Notes under the pieces: model-generated
Seen by the model: only the letters and a program-made list of their open reading frames with translations
Database searches by the model: none
Told to the model about the DNA's origin: nothing
From: Thermofilaceae archaeon
Lineage (GTDB): Archaea > Thermoproteota > Thermoprotei > Thermofilales > Thermofilaceae
DNA length: 64,000 bases
Assembly (NCBI GenBank): GCA_038727095.1
Contig: JAVYWK010000001.1
Span: 57,626-121,625 of the forward strand
Direction: 5' to 3'
Program-made: the position numbers and the translations under genes
Shown: positions 31,702 through 40,335 of the stretch, one piece after another
Position numbering within the stretch: position 1 is the stretch's first letter
How the letters are laid out: every line of letters begins with the position of its first letter

Positions 31702-31802
31702 CTTCGCACTTTTCTCGACATCCAAGTTTTGAGCTTTTCGTTCGCAGCCCCTCCCCTAAAGTTGACACCATGCGTTAAGGGGTTTAGCAGTTTGCTATCA
31801 CC

Positions 31803-32426
31803 ATGTACACGTGCCCCGAGTGCGGGGGGCGAGCGGTTGAGACAACCGAGTTCCTCGTCTGCGGGAGCTGCGGGCTTGTCTTGAGCCCGCTCGTCGAAAA
31901 CGGCTACTATGGGCCTAACTTGACGTGGGTTTTGTTTGAGGCTGCTGAGCACTTCGGGCTCACCTTTGATGAGTGCTTACGGCTGTACCGGACCGCGAAG
32001 TCCGAGAGAGTGATGGAGGGGGCAGCCCTAGCCGTAGCCATATACGCAGCTTTGAGAGGGAGGGGGGAGCATGTACCTCTGAGGAGGGTCTGCGAGTGGC
32101 TGGAGGCTCGCGGTATTAACGTGAGTTACAAGCAGGCTGCGAAGGGGCTTCTGAGGATTAGCCGCTACCTCGATCGATTATCGCCCTTTTCAAGCGTTAA
32201 GGTTTACGCTAGGAAACTCAATCTCGACGAAAACCTTGTTAAGCGCGCAGAGGAAGTACTGTTGAAAGCGAAGTATTTAGGGGGTAGGGACCCCTACTTG
32301 ATAGCCATCGCCGCCATATACTTAGCGGCTGGAGGCCAACTTACGTACTACAAGCTGGCTAAGATAACAGGCAGATCCGCTTCAAGGATATGGGCTGCCG
32401 TCAACTACTTGAGAAAATCAGTATGA
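31803..32426 (+). CDS. Short TFB-like protein (zinc ribbon plus cyclin-like repeats)
   Basis: CPECG...LVCGSCGLV; AVAIYAALR; GRDPYLIAIAAIYLA...LAKITG. Confidence 0.75.
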   Translation: MYTCPECGGRAVETTEFLVCGSCGLVLSPLVENGYYGPNLTWVLFEAAEHFGLTFDECLRLYRTAKSERVMEGAALAVAIYAALRGRGEHVPLRRVCEWLEARGINVSYKQAAKGLLRISRYLDRLSPFSSVKVYARKLNLDENLVKRAEEVLLKAKYLGGRDPYLIAIAAIYLAAGGQLTYYKLAKITGRSASRIWAAVNYLRKSV

Positions 32427-32520
32427 ACGCATTGTTAAATTTTATAAATTATTATCATAAAAGCTTCGCATTATCCAGATAATGTACTGGGACCGAATAC
32501 ACTTTCATAACTTAAATACA

Positions 32521-32620
32521 TGGTGCGGCCGCCGGGATTCGAACCCGGGTCGTCCGTGCGGCTGGTGCCGCGCTCCGGCGCGGGGGGCCGGCGCCCTAGT
32601 CCAGACTAGGCGACGGCCGC
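32521..32620 (-). tRNA. tRNA-Gly(CCC) with a 21-nt intron at 45/46 (32552-32572), C33, CCA encoded
   Basis: GCGGCCG acceptor, CCGGC-CCCCCGC-GCCGG anticodon arm, relaxed BHB in the variable loop. Confidence 0.88.
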
Positions 32621-32958
32621 TAGAATCAGGGTAAGTCTGAGAACTTATATGGGTTACGCTGTGGAGGCAGTACAGAAGTGCTCCAATCGGATTTATAAGG
32701 CTGGTGGAATATGCAAGGGTCAGCTATACTCATCGTGATTCATGCCCCATCTGCCGGATACGAAGGGGTAGCAGAAGTTGTAGTGTAAGGGCTCAGATCG
32801 TATTTTTAGCTCTGAGCGAAACACTATTGAGTCAATCGATACCGAGCATAGTTTTTAGCAGACAGTATCACCTACGTGATACCGGCATTTTGCTACTGAA
32901 CTCTCTAGATCGTGATTGGCTCACCCTATTATACTTTAGGAGAACCTTAAATCAGCGT

Positions 32959-33624
32959 ATGCTTCAGTTCAAGAACCTTGCTGATGTATCGGGCAAGGAG
33001 GCTTTTAGGAAGCTTCTAGGCGCGAAAGTCTACAGCTTGAATGGTGAGTACGTTGGCTACCTTAAGAGGATCTACGTTGAGAAGAAGAAAGGAAAAGCTA
33101 CGAAAATCGTGATCAGACTGTTAAACGGAGGTCTACTCGTCCTTGATCCAAGTATTGCTATGATAGGCCCTGACGGCAGGATTACGCTGAAGACGGACGT
33201 TAAGGTGGAGGTTAAAATCATTGGTAAAGAGCTAGCCAAGCTTCAGACAACGGTATCTGAACTACGCAGCGTGAGGGAACGCCTACTGGAGCTCGATGAA
33301 GCCTTTATCTCCGGTGAACTCACCAAGGAAACCTACCAGCGTTTTAGAGCTGCCCTTGAGCAAAAAAGACAGAAGATCGTTTCTGAAATTAAGAGACTTG
33401 TAGAAGAGCTAGAGCCATACACGCATAGACTAGATGAGGAGAGGAAAAAACTGCTGAGCCAAATGAGTTCGGCCGAGGGCGAAAAGAGTACACAGATCCT
33501 AAAGAAGCTAAGGGAGCTACGTGAATTATTAGCAAGAGTTAACGAACTTATCGATAATGCTGTACATGAACTTTCATTCGAAATGGAGCTAGACGAGTTC
33601 ATCGATCGCTATCTTAGAGACTGA
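32959..33624 (+). CDS. PRC-barrel plus coiled-coil protein, CdvA-like
   Basis: LLGAKVYSLNGEYVGYLKRIY PRC barrel; LDEAFISGELTKETYQRFRAALE helical motif. Confidence 0.7.
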   Translation: MLQFKNLADVSGKEAFRKLLGAKVYSLNGEYVGYLKRIYVEKKKGKATKIVIRLLNGGLLVLDPSIAMIGPDGRITLKTDVKVEVKIIGKELAKLQTTVSELRSVRERLLELDEAFISGELTKETYQRFRAALEQKRQKIVSEIKRLVEELEPYTHRLDEERKKLLSQMSSAEGEKSTQILKKLRELRELLARVNELIDNAVHELSFEMELDEFIDRYLRD

Positions 33625-33778
33625 TAGTTTCATCACTCACTCCGAGCACACGATGGGGTCTCGTAGCTCTGCAGCTTTTGCAGTACACGTGAAGCTGTTT
33701 AAACTCGCTCAAATCGAATCCCACATCAAGCGTTCTCTTCTCGCCGCAGACCATGCACTGAAGAACCCATTTTGTCAT
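33614..33778 (-). CDS. Small zinc-ribbon protein (54 aa), absent from the ORF track
   Basis: MTKWVLQCMVCGEKRTLDVGFDLSEFKQLHVYCKSCRATRPHRVLGVSDETISL; AAGGAG upstream of the ATG. Confidence 0.8.
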   Translation of the reverse strand: MTKWVLQCMVCGEKRTLDVGFDLSEFKQLHVYCKSCRATRPHRVLGVSDETISL

Positions 33779-33842
33779 TAGGTGCTCCTTGGCTCTCTAT
33801 TCATAAATCTGTTTTGAAAGCGGAAAGACGTAATTGGTCGGG

Positions 33843-33903
33843 GGAGCTCCGAGGCTGCTCGCTTCATCAGGATCAGACCGTAATGCGACATCTTCATTGC
33901 TCC
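33843..33903 (-). ncRNA. C/D-box guide sRNA; D guide predicted to direct 23S Um2552 (E. coli numbering)
   Basis: GGAGC stem, C ATGAAGA, D' CTGA, C' TGATGA, guide AGCGAGCAGCCT, variant D CGGA, GCTCC stem. Confidence 0.8.
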
Positions 33904-33947
33904 TTGAAAATGGCTCGTGCAGCGCCTAAAAACGTAGCGCACTTAGT

Positions 33948-34970
33948 TCATAGAGACGTCACGATGAAGGCATTCAGCGCTGAAAGTGTTGCAACCATTA
34001 GAGCGCCAATTCGCTCATCCAGCGGTGCGTTAAACGGGGCTGCGAGAGCGAGAGCGTACGATTTAGGAGCTGCGAAATCCACGAGGCCGCACGCACCCTT
34101 TCCGTACCCGACACCTTCACTAGCACTGCTCAACCCTTGCTTCTTGATTAGCTCTGGATCAGCGACGCTCACCCCTCTTCTGACGACCTGATCTAGGACT
34201 AGGTAGAGGATTGTGCTTTCAGCGCTCGAGGGAGGATCGCTCGTAATTGCGTAAAAACCGGGACATTTAGTTTCGTGCAGGTCAATAACCAAGCCCAGCT
34301 CCTGCTTCTCGATAAACTCTCGGAGGAGAGCAACCTCAGGTATTTCGGCACGCTCCAAATCATCATACGTCAAGACTTCGCCGTTCTGAACCACTACCGT
34401 CAAGAAACGGTTAAGGCTACCCACCCCCTCAACCTGAGGGAGCTGTGAAGCTATGAGTATCCTGTAGCCCTCCAGCGCATCGCTTAATTCTTCCTTGTGA
34501 AGTCTCAACCGAAGATTGCTTAACACCTCGTAGGCGTCCATTTGCGATCCCACAGCGATTCCCACCCCCTTCAAGAGGGCTAGGAAAAGCTCACCATCGT
34601 CTATCAAGGTTTCCACCCCACTATCTTTCAGAACTCTCCTGATATCATCGAGCGATTGGACCTCAACTTGGGCTCCGAGCATTCGGCTTAAGATGAAAGA
34701 GGCTTCGTGCAAACCAGTTGGGTCCCGCGAAGGTAGAATGTAAGTCGTCCTCTCTATATCGACCTGAACTAGCAGCTCTAAGGCGGCGTAAACGCCCGCG
34801 ACTTCCACACCAGAGGCACCCGCTGTTACCAGTACAGCCGGCTCCTCCTTACCACCTACCCGGAATACTGTGATCGGCAACCCTAGCCAATCGTTAGTAG
34901 AGGCTGCGACCTTAAACGTCCTCTTCATAGCTTCAATCGTATTGAGGTACTCGCTCGTCCTCAGCGACAT
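33948..34970 (-). CDS. M14 / succinylglutamate desuccinylase-like protein
   Basis: VLVTAGASGVE, PSRDPTG, VIDLHE; first zinc-ligand His appears replaced. Confidence 0.6.
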   Translation of the reverse strand: MSLRTSEYLNTIEAMKRTFKVAASTNDWLGLPITVFRVGGKEEPAVLVTAGASGVEVAGVYAALELLVQVDIERTTYILPSRDPTGLHEASFILSRMLGAQVEVQSLDDIRRVLKDSGVETLIDDGELFLALLKGVGIAVGSQMDAYEVLSNLRLRLHKEELSDALEGYRILIASQLPQVEGVGSLNRFLTVVVQNGEVLTYDDLERAEIPEVALLREFIEKQELGLVIDLHETKCPGFYAITSDPPSSAESTILYLVLDQVVRRGVSVADPELIKKQGLSSASEGVGYGKGACGLVDFAAPKSYALALAAPFNAPLDERIGALMVATLSALNAFIVTSL

Positions 34971-35118
34971 ACGTGCGTCGGTCACCCTCGTTCTAAAATA
35001 TGTTGTGTCCGCCTGTCCCCGAGCCCCACTTTCACTCCTCCATTTTGCCTTAAAGATAAAGAGAACCCTCCGCACGTAGCCATGTGGCGTTCGAGGAGGA
35101 GATCCCAAACGTGAGAGG

Positions 35119-35585
35119 CGAATTCGGAGAGTTGAATCGGAGATCCAGGGCTTAAACGAGATTCTAAACAATGAAATACTGTATCGCAATGTTGTCCTCC
35201 CCTCAGGAGGGCCGGGAACGGGAAAAAGCATCTTCGGCCAGCAATTCCGCTATCATGGTTTAACAAAGGGGGGCCAGGTGCCTTAGCACTCGAAGAGCAT
35301 CCTACGCAGACAATCGTGAAAATGATAAATTTCGGCTGGGATGTGTGCAAGTACGAGGCGAAGGGGCACTTCGCCATCGTCAATGCGTTCACGGAGAGCA
35401 TAGGCGAGTACGCCAAGCGTGAGAAGTACGTAGTGAAAGGCGTAGACGACATCCCCTCCTTCATTGATGTAGTTAGAGACGCTATCAAGGATCTCAAAGC
35501 GCAGCGGGTAGTCATAGACTCCGTCACAACACTCTACCTGACGAAGCCCGCTGTAGCACGCTCGGTTGCAATGACCCTGAACTAG
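35119..35585 (+). pseudogene. KaiC/RAD55-like ATPase (UPF0273-like) pseudogene, frameshifted and truncated
   Basis: Frame 1 has GLNEIL...[15 protein letters not shown] then a stop; another frame continues ALEEHP...FGWD...RVVIDSVTTLYL and stops early. Confidence 0.8.
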
Positions 35586-35674
35586 AGCGTCGAGTAGCTG
35601 AGCTTGAATCTACTGTGAGAGATTTAGAAGCAGCTGAAAAGGCTTTAGAGGAGCTATTGAAGGAGCTGTCATGA

Positions 35675-36550
35675 ATGACGCTGAACTGCTTTGTTTACTG
35701 CCCTAAGCTCGGATACGCGTTAAGCTTTAGTGAGATCAAGGGGATACTGCTTAGAAGAGAGGGAGAGGGGCGTTTCAACCAAAGCGTCAACCTTGGTAAA
35801 AATCTAATCGAAGCTGCGATCGAGGGAGGCGAAGTAAGGTTAGGCCCCTTCTCGGTATCCCTCGAGGAGGTGGAAAAAGCTGCCGCCTCGGGAGATGCGA
35901 CGCATGTGTTCTTCCTGTCAAAGGAGGGCCTTGAGAAGATCGCCTTTTACCGCGAGGGGCGTTACTACAAGCTCAGAAATGTGGGTGAAGGTAAGGCGCC
36001 CACACTCGAGATATCTGGGATACACATGCACAACATTGAGAGTACAGACCCGTGGAGTGATGCAAAACGCAAGGTCGACAAGTTGAGAATACGAAGCGGA
36101 AGCGTAGTTCTCGATGTATGCACGGGCTTAGGGTACACCGCGTCCCACGCGGCGCTTCGCGGTGCAACCGTTGTCACGATTGAGAAGGACCCTGCTGTGC
36201 TTCAGATTGCAGAATTTAACCCCTGGAGCCACCTACTTGCTAGCCCCAGCATAACGATAATTCTCGGAGACGCTTTCGAGGTCCTTGAAGAGCTACCTGA
36301 GAACTTTTTCGACGCCGCCGTCCACGATCCACCACGGTTCTCTCTCGCCGGAGAACTTTACAGCCTCGAATTCTACAGAAGATTGCGCCGAGTGCTGAAA
36401 AAAGGGGCTAGAGTCTTCCACTTCACAGGTTGGCCGGGAAAGCATCGGGGGTTGAACATACAAGCGGGTGTTGTACGTAGATTAAGAGCGGCCGGATTCG
36501 AAACGATAGAAATTGTGAAAGGATACGGCGTGGTAGCTCAGTCAGTATAA
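35675..36550 (+). CDS. Class I SAM-dependent methyltransferase (archaeal COG2521-like)
   Basis: PTLEISGIHMH, VLDVCTGLGYTA, HDPPRFS.AGELYS. Confidence 0.85.
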   Translation: MTLNCFVYCPKLGYALSFSEIKGILLRREGEGRFNQSVNLGKNLIEAAIEGGEVRLGPFSVSLEEVEKAAASGDATHVFFLSKEGLEKIAFYREGRYYKLRNVGEGKAPTLEISGIHMHNIESTDPWSDAKRKVDKLRIRSGSVVLDVCTGLGYTASHAALRGATVVTIEKDPAVLQIAEFNPWSHLLASPSITIILGDAFEVLEELPENFFDAAVHDPPRFSLAGELYSLEFYRRLRRVLKKGARVFHFTGWPGKHRGLNIQAGVVRRLRAAGFETIEIVKGYGVVAQSV

Positions 36551-36584
36551 CGGCGGAGCGAATCAATGCTGCACACATGCTAAA

Positions 36585-36780
36585 GAGCCAATCTAGGAAA
36601 GGGGAATAAAAGGTGAAGAAATAGTAAAGTGCTCCGCATCCCGGCTCGCTCGACGACCGGGGCTATGCAGGCTTTCGGGCCAGCCTCCCTTCAACTGAAG
36701 TACTATCGTGAGGCAGCCCCCTAAAGGCGTCGGGAAGTGGGCGAGTAAGCTGCCGCCCTAAAGCGCGGTTGGCTCCATGA
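36585..36780. repeat. Dispersed degenerate repeat, copy A (internally deleted)
   Basis: Aligns by eye with 44235-44370 and 44550-44601. Confidence 0.8.
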
Positions 36781-36807
36781 TCTTCCAAGGACAAAAGTTG
36801 GGACCAA

Positions 36808-37263
36808 CTACGTGTGGGCTGTTTTCCTTGACTTAAGCTCGAGCATCACTTTCCTTTTCCATCCAGAGCTCTCGATTTTCCGCACAACTCTTGATAACGC
36901 GCCTGGCGAGAATGTCGCTAATGCTGCATACTTTACGATTTGTGGTGATCCACTACTGTACAGGGAACATAGGATCGTCCTTCCCTTAAATTTGAGAAGT
37001 AATCTTTCTTCATAGAATTTTTCCGGATTGAAACCTAACATTTTAAGTGTATTACTTATAACTTGAAATTGTCTTTCATATCTCTTATAAACTTTAGCGT
37101 GATCGATGGCTTTTATGCCAGCTATAAATAGGTCTATCATTGTAACAGCTGGATCTTTACCAACCTCAAGCACAGCGACTCCCGTGGGGGGTCTGTACAG
37201 GTGAACTCCTCGCATTCGGAATGCCTCTGCACAGCTCTTTAAAAAGCTCGCGTGTATAGAAAC
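36808..37263 (-). CDS. Hypothetical protein
   Basis: ORF of about 150 aa divergent from tRNA-Gly(TCC); start uncertain. Confidence 0.65.
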   Translation of the reverse strand, partial: VSIHASFLKSCAEAFRMRGVHLYRPPTGVAVLEVGKDPAVTMIDLFIAGIKAIDHAKVYKRYERQFQVISNTLKMLGFNPEKFYEERLLLKFKGRTILCSLYSSGSPQIVKYAALATFSPGALSRVVRKIESSGWKRKVMLELKSRKTAHT

Positions 37264-37322
37264 CATAGAGAGCCCCTCTTGCACAGTAACCCATTTAAGC
37301 TCTAGACGGGACCCTGATTCTA

Positions 37323-37422
37323 GCGGCCGTCGCCTAGTCTGGACTAGGGCGCCGGCCCTCCGCGCCGGAGCGCGGCACCAGCCGCACGGACGACCCGGGT
37401 TCGAATCCCGGCGGCCGCACCA
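37323..37422 (+). tRNA. tRNA-Gly(TCC) with a 21-nt intron at 45/46 (37371-37391), C33, CCA encoded
   Basis: Identical to the 32521-32620 gene except at position 34. Confidence 0.88.
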
Positions 37423-37566
37423 TTCTCACGTAGCTGTCTCTAGACCCAAGGAATAAAATGTAGAAGGATAACACATGTTTGTGGGATGGTAGCCGACAGG
37501 GGAATCATGAAAATGAAGCGTAATGTCGGTAGGCAGGCAGAGTGAAGAAGCCGTTAAAGCTAGTCT

Positions 37567-38256
37567 CTAGCGTGGGATTATTCTGGTACCGATACGTTCT
37601 CCCTTTAATGCCCGTAGGATGTTGGTTGGAGGTTTCCCTGAGATAACAAAAGTGGTAACTCTGCTTCTCCTTATGATCGAGAGGGTCATGGGGTCTAGGA
37701 GACGGTACCCGCCGGCCACGAGATTCCCGGCAAAAATCCCCTCGATGTCGCTTACCGTAACCTCATCGAACTTTCTCGCATGGGGGTTCCTTTTAGGATC
37801 ATCGTCGTATACGCCGTCCACGTCGGTGGCGATAACTAGCTTCTCCGCGTTTAAAGCCTCGGCTAGGAGAGCAGCTACTGTCGTCGTTGACTGTGCCGGC
37901 TGGAGCCCACCGATAAAGATCACCTTCCAGACTGGTAACGCTGCCACAGCCTCGTGCAGGGAGGAGGGTATTTGGGGGGGCGCGACGTTATGAAAGTAAG
38001 CCCATAATAATGCAGCATTGACCGCTGCCAATCTGAGTCCAATGACATCGAGAGTTGACTCGTTCAACCCGAGGCTTCGACCCCAGCCAATGTACTTGCG
38101 GGCGATTTCGCCGCCGCCGACAGTAACGGCGATACAATCGTAGAGCTGTAGAGCCTCGTTCAGAACTTCCTTAAGGCCGCGAAGGTAATCCAAGTTAAGC
38201 TCCATTCCGTCGAAGAGGACGTGACCCCCTAGTTTCACCACCGTGCTACGGAACAT
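37567..38256 (-). CDS. pyrH: Uridylate kinase
   Basis: VVKLGG, VGGGEIARKY, QSTTTVA, TDVDGVY..DP. Confidence 0.93.
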   Translation of the reverse strand: MFRSTVVKLGGHVLFDGMELNLDYLRGLKEVLNEALQLYDCIAVTVGGGEIARKYIGWGRSLGLNESTLDVIGLRLAAVNAALLWAYFHNVAPPQIPSSLHEAVAALPVWKVIFIGGLQPAQSTTTVAALLAEALNAEKLVIATDVDGVYDDDPKRNPHARKFDEVTVSDIEGIFAGNLVAGGYRLLDPMTLSIIRRSRVTTFVISGKPPTNILRALKGERIGTRIIPR

Positions 38257-38367
38257 ACCGAAGTGGCTTTACGATTCTACCTTTTAAGGATTCGCGCAGC
38301 TAGAGGAAGATCGGCTAAAAAGCAGGTTTAAAAACATGAGCTGGCACACTAGCGCAGGCGATAGGTG

Positions 38368-39582
38368 ATGCGAGGCTATCTCGTTTACACTCCAGCGGCC
38401 TTTGCTTTACTGGATGAAAGTGGAAAAGTTCTGACCTTTGAGAGGCTCCCAGAAGATCCGGATTCGGCTGCAGAAGAGCTCCTTGCAATCGAGGAGGGTG
38501 GTGTTCCACTGAGGCTCGAGGCACTACTAAAGAGGGCTGGTGAGCTGGGAGTAAGCGAGCTTGTTGTAGAAGACCCTGATCAAGCTCAAAGGCTGAGCGA
38601 GGTGCTAAAAGCTACCGTAAGAGTGGAACCAAACAACGCGGTTACCAGGAGATTTAGGGAACGTCTTACGGAGTACCTCACAGAGCTTCGCTTAGACAAA
38701 GCTACGTACAACGAGCAGGCGCATAAAGTCTCCATAGCTTTAACACGAAGAAAGGTTAAGAAAGCTGCAGAGAAAAGGGATCTCTTCATCGCACAGGCTA
38801 TCTCGGCCCTCGATGACATAAATAAGACCCTGAACCTCTTTGCTTCACGGGTAAGAGAGTGGTACGGTTTACACTTCCCCGAGCTTGATGAGCTGCTGGA
38901 GGAGCACGAAGACTACGTGAAGCTTGTATCTAGGATTGGTAGCAGGGATAGAATAAGATACGAGGATCTAGTAAAGCAAGGTTTTAATCAGGATGTCGCT
39001 AAGAAGATAATTGACTCGGCTAGAGCTAGCATGGGAGCCGACTTAACCGATTTTGATCTCAACGCTATAAGATTATTGTCTGATGTAACTCTTGAGCTGT
39101 TCGAGATAAGGAGGAAACTCGAGAAGTACGTCGATGAAGCCATGATGGAAGTCGCACCGAACATCCGCGGGCTGGTGGGATCGTTGCTCGGAGCCCGCCT
39201 CATCGCGCTCGCTGGTGGACTACAAAAGCTGGCTACGCTACCCGCCAGCACGATCCAAGTTTTGGGGGCCGAAAAAGCCCTTTTCAGGGCTTTAAGGACT
39301 GGTGGTAAACCACCGAAGCACGGTGTGATTTTCCAATACCCGTCAATCCACAGATCCCCGAAGTGGCAGCGGGGTAAGATAGCCAGGGCGCTTGCGGCAA
39401 AGCTAGCTATAGCCGCAAGAATCGATGCTTTCACCGGCGAGTATAAAGCTGACGAGTTAAGGGAACAGTTGGAAAAGAGGATACAAGAGATAAAGACACT
39501 CTACGCTAAACCGCCTAAGCGAGTAGCTCCGCCGAGAGAGGCACGAAAAGAGAAGAAGCCTGGTGAGCGGAGGAGAAGGTGA
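38368..39582 (+). CDS. nop5: C/D RNP protein Nop5 (Nop56/58)
   Basis: REWYGLHFPEL, QVLGAEKALFRAL, PKHGVIFQ. Confidence 0.96.
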   Translation: MRGYLVYTPAAFALLDESGKVLTFERLPEDPDSAAEELLAIEEGGVPLRLEALLKRAGELGVSELVVEDPDQAQRLSEVLKATVRVEPNNAVTRRFRERLTEYLTELRLDKATYNEQAHKVSIALTRRKVKKAAEKRDLFIAQAISALDDINKTLNLFASRVREWYGLHFPELDELLEEHEDYVKLVSRIGSRDRIRYEDLVKQGFNQDVAKKIIDSARASMGADLTDFDLNAIRLLSDVTLELFEIRRKLEKYVDEAMMEVAPNIRGLVGSLLGARLIALAGGLQKLATLPASTIQVLGAEKALFRALRTGGKPPKHGVIFQYPSIHRSPKWQRGKIARALAAKLAIAARIDAFTGEYKADELREQLEKRIQEIKTLYAKPPKRVAPPREARKEKKPGERRRR

Positions 39583-39591
39583 GGTGGTGAT

Positions 39592-40296
39592 ATGGTAGCC
39601 ACGGTCGGTTACAGGGCTCACGAGAGCATTGAGCAAGTTTACTGGGTTGAGTTTGAGGATGGTTCAAGCAAGCTTGCGACAGTAAACCTAGCGCCGGGTG
39701 TCAGAGTGTACGGTGAACAGCTCGTGAAAATCGGTGGACGTGAATTCCGTGTGTGGAACCCGTACAGGAGCAAGCTCGCTGGTGCGATACTAAAAGGGAT
39801 CAAGCTTGTACCGATTGGGGCTGGCACCAAGGTGCTCTACCTGGGAACGGCTGCGGGTACAACCCCCAGCCACGTTTCTGACATTATCGGAGAGGAGGGA
39901 ATTCTCTACGGGGTAGAATTCGCTCCTAGAGTCATGAGAGAGTTCATCGAGCGGGTAGCCGCCTACAGGAGGAACGTAATCCCAATACTAGCCGACGCGC
40001 GATTCCCACACAAGTATGCCGCAATCGTGACTGAGATGGTTGACGTAGTATACGCCGATATAGCTCAACCCTTCCAGAGTAAAATCGTGGCCGATAATGC
40101 TGAGTATTTCCTGAAGTCCGGCGGCTATGTTGTTCAGGCGATTAAAGCGATGAGCATAGATGTTACTAAAGAACCCTCTGAAACTTACAAGAGGGAAATC
40201 AATCACCTTGAAGAGAGGGGGTTCGAGATCGTCGATGTTGTTCACTTAGAGCCATACGATATTGCGCACGCGTTCGTAGTTGCACGTTACCGCTAA
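39592..40296 (+). CDS. flpA: Fibrillarin-like 2'-O-methyltransferase
   Basis: [29 protein letters not shown]. Confidence 0.96.
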   Translation: MVATVGYRAHESIEQVYWVEFEDGSSKLATVNLAPGVRVYGEQLVKIGGREFRVWNPYRSKLAGAILKGIKLVPIGAGTKVLYLGTAAGTTPSHVSDIIGEEGILYGVEFAPRVMREFIERVAAYRRNVIPILADARFPHKYAAIVTEMVDVVYADIAQPFQSKIVADNAEYFLKSGGYVVQAIKAMSIDVTKEPSETYKREINHLEERGFEIVDVVHLEPYDIAHAFVVARYR

Positions 40297-40335
40297 AAAC
40301 ATTAACCCTTTCTTAGATTATAGTAGCACGAGGCC

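Noticed and set aside
34971-35231. Long N-terminal extension of the M14-like ORF in the track
   Set aside because: It overlaps the opposite-strand KaiC remnant; the ATG at 34970 is the more plausible start
37351-37368. Alternative reading as tRNA-Arg(CCG) using CT-CCG
   Set aside because: The shift destroys the anticodon stem; the acceptor stem and the CCC/TCC pair support Gly
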